DNA of 64,000 nucleotides from an uncultured Acidobacteriaceae bacterium (GTDB lineage: Bacteria > Acidobacteriota > Terriglobia > Terriglobales > Acidobacteriaceae), in NCBI GenBank assembly GCA_963846085.1, contig CAWJUN010000001.1, positions 1,274,722-1,338,721 of the forward strand, in the 5' to 3' direction. Positions within the stretch are counted from its first letter, which is position 1. The number at the start of each line of letters is the position of its first letter. This document shows, piece by piece, positions 59,666 to 64,000 of this stretch. A program made the translations under genes and the position numbers. Below the pieces are notes generated by a model, which was not told the origin of the DNA, did no database searches, and worked only from the letters and a program-made list of their open reading frames with translations.

Positions 59666-62173
59666 TCAGACTTTTTGCGGTTGAGGCGCAGTTACAACGT
59701 CTCGGCCGCGGCCCTTGGACTCATAAAGACAATGGTCCGCGATCTTAAGCAGCTCTTCGACCGTGGAACCATGTTCTGGATACGCGGCGATTCCTACTGA
59801 GAGCGTCAGCTTTCCCAAAAGCTCGTTTTTATACTGGAGGCGAAGCTTTCTTACTTCGGCACATAACGCGTTGGCCCGCATGACTGCGTCTCTAGAGCAT
59901 GACTCGAGAAGAATGATCGCGAACTCTTCGCCGCCATATCGGCAACAGATGTCGGTGGTGCGGAAAAAGTTACGAAACAGGTCGGCGAGCGCCTGCAGCA
60001 CCATATCTCCCGCATCGTGGCCAAACGTGTCGTTGAATCGCTTGAAGTGGTCGAGGTCGAGGAACAGAACGGCAATGGATTGTTGCTTCCGTGTCGCGAG
60101 TTGCAATTCTCGTTCGAAGGACTCCTCCAGAAATCGCCGGTTGAAGAGTCGGGTTAGCGGGTCACGAATCGACTGTTCGCGGAGAGTCTCCCGCAGTTGC
60201 AAGCTCGCTAGCGACAATGCGATCTGCGACGCCGCGTGGTTCGCTAAGCGCTGAAGTGAGTCTCGGGAACTTTCTGCGCCAAACTCGGATTGGAGAGTCA
60301 CGGACCTTTCAAATTCCAGAAGCAAAATGCCGAGTGTGTTCCCCTGAGCGATCATCGGCACGCATAGATATTCGGCCGCCGCGCGCTTGGCTACATGTTG
60401 GCAAACGACGCCACCTCCTGACGATTCACTCCAGTGCGCCTGACCGCGTCGAAGTGACCAGCAGGTATCGGGAGGAAATCGCGCTGGCAACAGTTCCTTT
60501 TTTCGCCAAGACGTGATTTGTTCGACTAAATCTCGCGACGACCGGAACAAGTAAAGTCCTCCCGACACAGCTCCTGGAAAGAGCTCCTGCACGCCCTTGG
60601 CGACTACCGTACCGGCTTCCTGAATTGTCCCGCTTGAGGCCAGCAGAGATCCCATTTCATTCAGTGTGGTCATCTGCCTGGTGCGCAGCTCCAGCTCTTT
60701 TACCAGACGGCCGAGTACTTCGGCGTGTTGACGTTGGGCTTCACTCGCCCTGGTTTGCGCTGAAATGTCCTCATAGAGTAGATACGCACCTCGTACTGCT
60801 CCCTTAACTAGCAGGGGAACGCCGTGGAACGCCAAATCAAGAGTCTGGCCGTCTTTCCGTTGATACCGCACAGTCTTGTGCGTCGCGTTTCCGCCAAAGA
60901 TATCCGGAATCAGTTGCCGAAAGTCGGCCGCTCTATCACCGGGACCCGTTATTCCTGCGATATCGATCGATACAAACTCGTGCTCATCGTATTGGAAGAG
61001 TCTGGAGAATGCGGGATTCGACACCTGAACCGCCCCTTGGCGATCTACAACGACAATCCCTAGAGGACTGTTTTTAATCAATGCATCTAGATAAATGGTC
61101 TGTCGATTCAGATCAAGTGCCTGGCGGTGTCGCTCGCTAACCTCGGATCCCACCATGAGTCCGACCACCGACACCACCAGCATCAGTACAACAACCCTGG
61201 TCAGCGTGTCAGGGGTCGGAGGAAACACCCGCATCGCGAGCATGATTCCAAAATTGAGCGCCAGCAGTCCCGTAACAATCCGACGGATTCCCTGACGCAT
61301 CGCAATCCATATGACCGGAACGAAACACATATAAAGCGAGCCGTAACGATTGTCGTGAACTCCGAACATTGCCCAGCAGACTGCTACGATCGCGACAGCC
61401 TGCCCGCAAGCTTCCGTGAGCGCCCCGAGACGGAATCTTTCCTTGTCAGAACGATCTTCGGTACGACTGCTTTGGGAGGGGGTTGCAGAAAGCCATGAGC
61501 GGACATACGGGAAGACATGGACCAGTAGAAATGGAGCAACCCCGATGATGGCAACCGCGTCTCCCAGGAACCATCCAATCGCGGAAGAGTTATAGTCCTC
61601 CCATGAAATGTTGCGATCCGCAACAAGTGACGCGACACCGCAGACGGTCGCCCCTAAAGACGCCGTCGCAGTTACAAAAATATATCGGACCACATCCTGG
61701 CGACGGCGAAGACAAAGATCGATTTTGATAGGACCACGCAACACGTAGGCCGCCAACCCGTAGCAAAAGGCGCCTCCCGCGGCACCAATCGTGGAGCCAA
61801 ACGAGAGCAACGGCTGCGAGTAAATCAGTCGTGCACCGAACACATCGGCAAAACAGGCCAGCAGAGCGTACCAGGGGCTCACGCCTAACAGAAGCGCCAT
61901 AACGAGGCCGACTGCGGGATACCACGCCACAAATCCCATGCGGGAAATGAAAATGACTTCGGGGCGATTGAGCAGCAGGTTAACCGCAACGAACGCGAGA
62001 GACACAACAGCGTGGCGAACAATTAGGCGAGTAGGAGGCACGAGTAGAATCTCTGCAGAAACCTTTACAATTGTTCGAAACGACTCATCACTTGCCTGGC
62101 CCGGGCGACCCACGCTGAAGAGGCATTTGGCTCGATCTATTGTGCAAGATTCGGAAAGAGAGTTGCTGAGCAA
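59666..62173 (-). CDS. Membrane sensor diguanylate cyclase (MASE1-like polytopic N-terminus, PAS, GAF, GGDEF with I-site)
   Basis: 835 aa. 7-8 N-terminal TMs. PAS-like (LIKNSPLGIVVVDRQGAV). GAF-like. GGDEF domain with RYGGEEFAI and RTTD exactly 5 residues upstream (RxxD I-site). The start is uncertain. Confidence 0.85.
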   Translation of the reverse strand: MLSNSLSESCTIDRAKCLFSVGRPGQASDESFRTIVKVSAEILLVPPTRLIVRHAVVSLAFVAVNLLLNRPEVIFISRMGFVAWYPAVGLVMALLLGVSPWYALLACFADVFGARLIYSQPLLSFGSTIGAAGGAFCYGLAAYVLRGPIKIDLCLRRRQDVVRYIFVTATASLGATVCGVASLVADRNISWEDYNSSAIGWFLGDAVAIIGVAPFLLVHVFPYVRSWLSATPSQSSRTEDRSDKERFRLGALTEACGQAVAIVAVCWAMFGVHDNRYGSLYMCFVPVIWIAMRQGIRRIVTGLLALNFGIMLAMRVFPPTPDTLTRVVVLMLVVSVVGLMVGSEVSERHRQALDLNRQTIYLDALIKNSPLGIVVVDRQGAVQVSNPAFSRLFQYDEHEFVSIDIAGITGPGDRAADFRQLIPDIFGGNATHKTVRYQRKDGQTLDLAFHGVPLLVKGAVRGAYLLYEDISAQTRASEAQRQHAEVLGRLVKELELRTRQMTTLNEMGSLLASSGTIQEAGTVVAKGVQELFPGAVSGGLYLFRSSRDLVEQITSWRKKELLPARFPPDTCWSLRRGQAHWSESSGGGVVCQHVAKRAAAEYLCVPMIAQGNTLGILLLEFERSVTLQSEFGAESSRDSLQRLANHAASQIALSLASLQLRETLREQSIRDPLTRLFNRRFLEESFERELQLATRKQQSIAVLFLDLDHFKRFNDTFGHDAGDMVLQALADLFRNFFRTTDICCRYGGEEFAIILLESCSRDAVMRANALCAEVRKLRLQYKNELLGKLTLSVGIAAYPEHGSTVEELLKIADHCLYESKGRGRDVVTAPQPQKV

Positions 62174-62322
62174 TACGGATCACAATCAAGACGCAAGAAC
62201 ACAGCGGCGATCGCAACAACCCAAGTGCAACCTGGTTTCAGATGGGAACCGTTCAGGTGTGCCGGTAGAGAGGGACCGAACCTCAAAGGACCGCAGGCAA
62301 CTCGGATTAAAACACAGGTCTT

Positions 62323-62730
62323 CTACGCGGCGTGACCGCGCCAGTCGGCGATCTCGCGCAATCCTTCTCCGCGACCGTGCTCGAAGAGTCTTACTTTGTG
62401 GCGGGTGTGTTCGAACTCGTGAATATCAGCCCACACTTCCGCTTGCCAGGCTCGATCGTGCGAAGCGGCTTCGCCGCAACTAGCACAACGAGTGTGAAAA
62501 ATCAGACCGGGTCGGGACGGGGAGTTGATGTCCTGCAGTTCAAGAAACACGCAGCGCACCTCCTCAATCTCTTCATCCGGACCGAGAATATGCTCGTAGC
62601 GCAGTAGGTATCCAAAACCGAGTTTGCGAGCCTCGATCTCCGCCTCATCCCGGGTGTGGAACGGCCCGTATTCCGCACGCAGTTGTTCCGTCGAATCGCA
62701 GGCCATCCAGAAAATATCTTTGTACGCCAT
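62323..62730 (-). CDS. Hypothetical small protein (about 135 aa) with CxxC and HExxH-like strings
   Basis: ORF 62323-62916. The ATG at 62730 gives MAYKDIFWMACDSTEQ. Contains HTRCASCGE and IHEFEHTRH. No family recognised. Same strand as, and 149 nt upstream of, the GGDEF gene. Confidence 0.45.
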   Translation of the reverse strand: MAYKDIFWMACDSTEQLRAEYGPFHTRDEAEIEARKLGFGYLLRYEHILGPDEEIEEVRCVFLELQDINSPSRPGLIFHTRCASCGEAASHDRAWQAEVWADIHEFEHTRHKVRLFEHGRGEGLREIADWRGHAA

Positions 62731-63125
62731 GCCCGTCCTCAGTGTGCTTTCCAACGGATGAAGCCTCTCGCGCAGCCTGCCTCCGAAACGCGCTGGCAGC
62801 GAGAGAGATCCACGGTTAGCAGTGCAATTCAGAGACCGGGACCGGCTTCTTGGGCGACTGCTGACATCTTTGCCCTGCCTCATCGGGGAAACCCCTGCCT
62901 TATCAATAAAGTACAAGGGTTAGCTGTTGTCATGTGGCGAAACCTCGGCCTCGCGGTTTGACCCAGGCATCGACCCTCATGTGCAATGTGTTTCGCTCGC
63001 CCGGTGATGAATTACGCAGCTTCGGCATGTCGCTCTAACACTCTATCTCACCGGATCTGCTAGTTACTGCCAAACTTCTTGGCGTTGCGAAGAGCGAACT
63101 TCGGGTCGGCACTCCCCTTGGTCTC

Positions 63126-63458
63126 CTAGACGGCCCCTGACGCTGCGGTGGCGCGGCCTTTATCCGTACGATGCGAAAGCTGCGGCTCTTCGGTTATCGC
63201 GAGGCTCCAGTCCTCCGTCGTGGGCGCGAGCCCATTGCCTACTTGAATATGCCAGTTCGCCCCGCCGTGACCCGCAACATATAACGCCAGTTCCAGCCGC
63301 GTCCAGACTCCGAGTTTATCGAAGGCGGTGCGCAGGTAATTCTTCACTACCTGCTCGCTGGTGCGGAGAATGCCAGCTATATCCTTGTTGGTTAGGCCCT
63401 GCCAAACTAGGGTCGCAACTTGGATCTCTTTAGCGGTTAGCCGATCGCGGGGTTGCAT
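63126..63458 (-). CDS. Solo LuxR/GerE-type HTH transcriptional regulator (110 aa)
   Basis: LTAKEIQVATLVWQGLTNKDIAGILRTSEQVVKNYLRTAFDKLGV is a canonical LuxR C-terminal HTH. No receiver or ligand domain. Confidence 0.78.
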   Translation of the reverse strand: MQPRDRLTAKEIQVATLVWQGLTNKDIAGILRTSEQVVKNYLRTAFDKLGVWTRLELALYVAGHGGANWHIQVGNGLAPTTEDWSLAITEEPQLSHRTDKGRATAASGAV

Positions 63459-63679
63459 GGTGGCACCTGCTCCTTGATGAACATGGCGGTTGCGAGTTTC
63501 ACTCGCTTCCGGCCCTCTTTGATTCCCGCACGCAAGAACAACGTGCGCAAATGCTGTTTGACGGTGCGGGGGCTGATGTTCAAATGGACCGCAATTTCCT
63601 TATTACTGCACCCTTGCACCAGTAACCGAAGAACTTCCTGATCTCGCGGCGTTATTTTGATTTCGTTGAGGTTAATCAT
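63437..63679 (-). CDS. Solo LuxR/GerE-type HTH transcriptional regulator (80 aa)
   Basis: ITPRDQEVLRLLVQGCSNKEIAVHLNISPRTVKQHLRTLFLRAGI is a canonical LuxR HTH. Overlaps the downstream LuxR gene by 22 nt. Confidence 0.78.
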   Translation of the reverse strand: MINLNEIKITPRDQEVLRLLVQGCSNKEIAVHLNISPRTVKQHLRTLFLRAGIKEGRKRVKLATAMFIKEQVPPCNPAIG

Positions 63680-63712
63680 CGGCGTTTCGTCTACTCCTTC
63701 AGTTCAGTCTTG

Positions 63713-63724
63713 GGGTCGCGACCC
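63713..63724. promoter_or_regulatory. Perfect 12-bp palindrome GGGTCGCGACCC upstream of the LuxR gene pair (candidate operator)
   Basis: Read directly. It lies 34-45 nt upstream of the ATG at 63679 and is flanked by TTGGGG / CCCCAA, which extend an imperfect dyad. Confidence 0.4.
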
Positions 63725-64000
63725 ACCCCAAACCTTAAGCATCTTATTCGCCACATGTTCGCCCTCAAGACTCGCTTCTGTAGTCATACACTTACACTCC
63801 TGTTCGCCCCGTTTCTGAGGGATTCTTCATGAGTCTGCTCCACTTCGGCACGCCTATTTGGGAATTGGTTCCGGAACTGTTCTTATAAACTCCATTTCCA
63901 GACCTCCAGACTTGCACTACAATGGTTGGCAGTCTGGACGTTTTATCTCTCCTGCGATCATGCCCACGAGCCAGCCCGATCTGACGCGAACGCAGCCCAT

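Overview
This is a dense, GC-rich bacterial chromosomal window with about 52 protein-coding genes. I recognised no rRNA, tRNA, CRISPR array, transposase, integrase or prophage genes. The gene content suggests an Acidobacteriota-like genome: carboxypeptidase-regulatory-like repeat protein, Sel1 and FecR-domain proteins, many signal-peptide hypotheticals, a futalosine-pathway mqn gene and a bacilliredoxin. That assignment is inference only, with no search run.

Layout:
1. 0.3-12.5 kb: a complete chemosensory cluster, cheA-cheW-mcp-mcp-mcp-cheB-cheR-HDOD, plus a convergent cheY-cheX pair.
2. 12.6-24.9 kb: envelope and cell-shape genes (beta-barrel OMP, bacilliredoxin, murB, beta-propeller lipoprotein, a stand-alone ku, DUF92, mreBCD, FecR-domain protein).
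3. 24.9-31.4 kb: aldehyde dehydrogenase, aminotransferase, EF-P-like (YeiP/EfpL type), DinB, SMP-30, a Thr-rich mini-protein and a Sel1 protein.
4. 31.4-36.7 kb: kpsF, a K+ channel, kdsA and pyrG. The pyrG frame is broken by an apparent 1-nt deletion.
5. 36.8-49.6 kb: esterase, ppc, mqnC-like radical SAM, CarboxypepD_reg protein, a stand-alone processive GT2 synthase, a GAF-TM-TonB_C fusion and a GAF/HD-GYP protein.
6. 49.8-59.6 kb: a pentose-phosphate supercluster (tkt, fused tal-pgi, gnd, zwf, glk, pgl).
7. 59.7-63.7 kb: a MASE1-like/PAS/GAF/GGDEF cyclase, a small unknown protein and two overlapping solo LuxR-type HTH genes.

The window looks like core genome rather than an accessory island, and I cannot point to a clear-cut novel system. 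The best candidates for follow-up are:
- the HDOD-coupled chemosensory pathway, with three MCPs that share one signalling module;
- the pyrG frameshift;
- the GAF-TonB_C / HD-GYP / GT2 neighbourhood;
- the solo-LuxR / unknown-protein / GGDEF locus.

All calls come from reading the translations and sequence by eye. No database searches or numerical computations were run.
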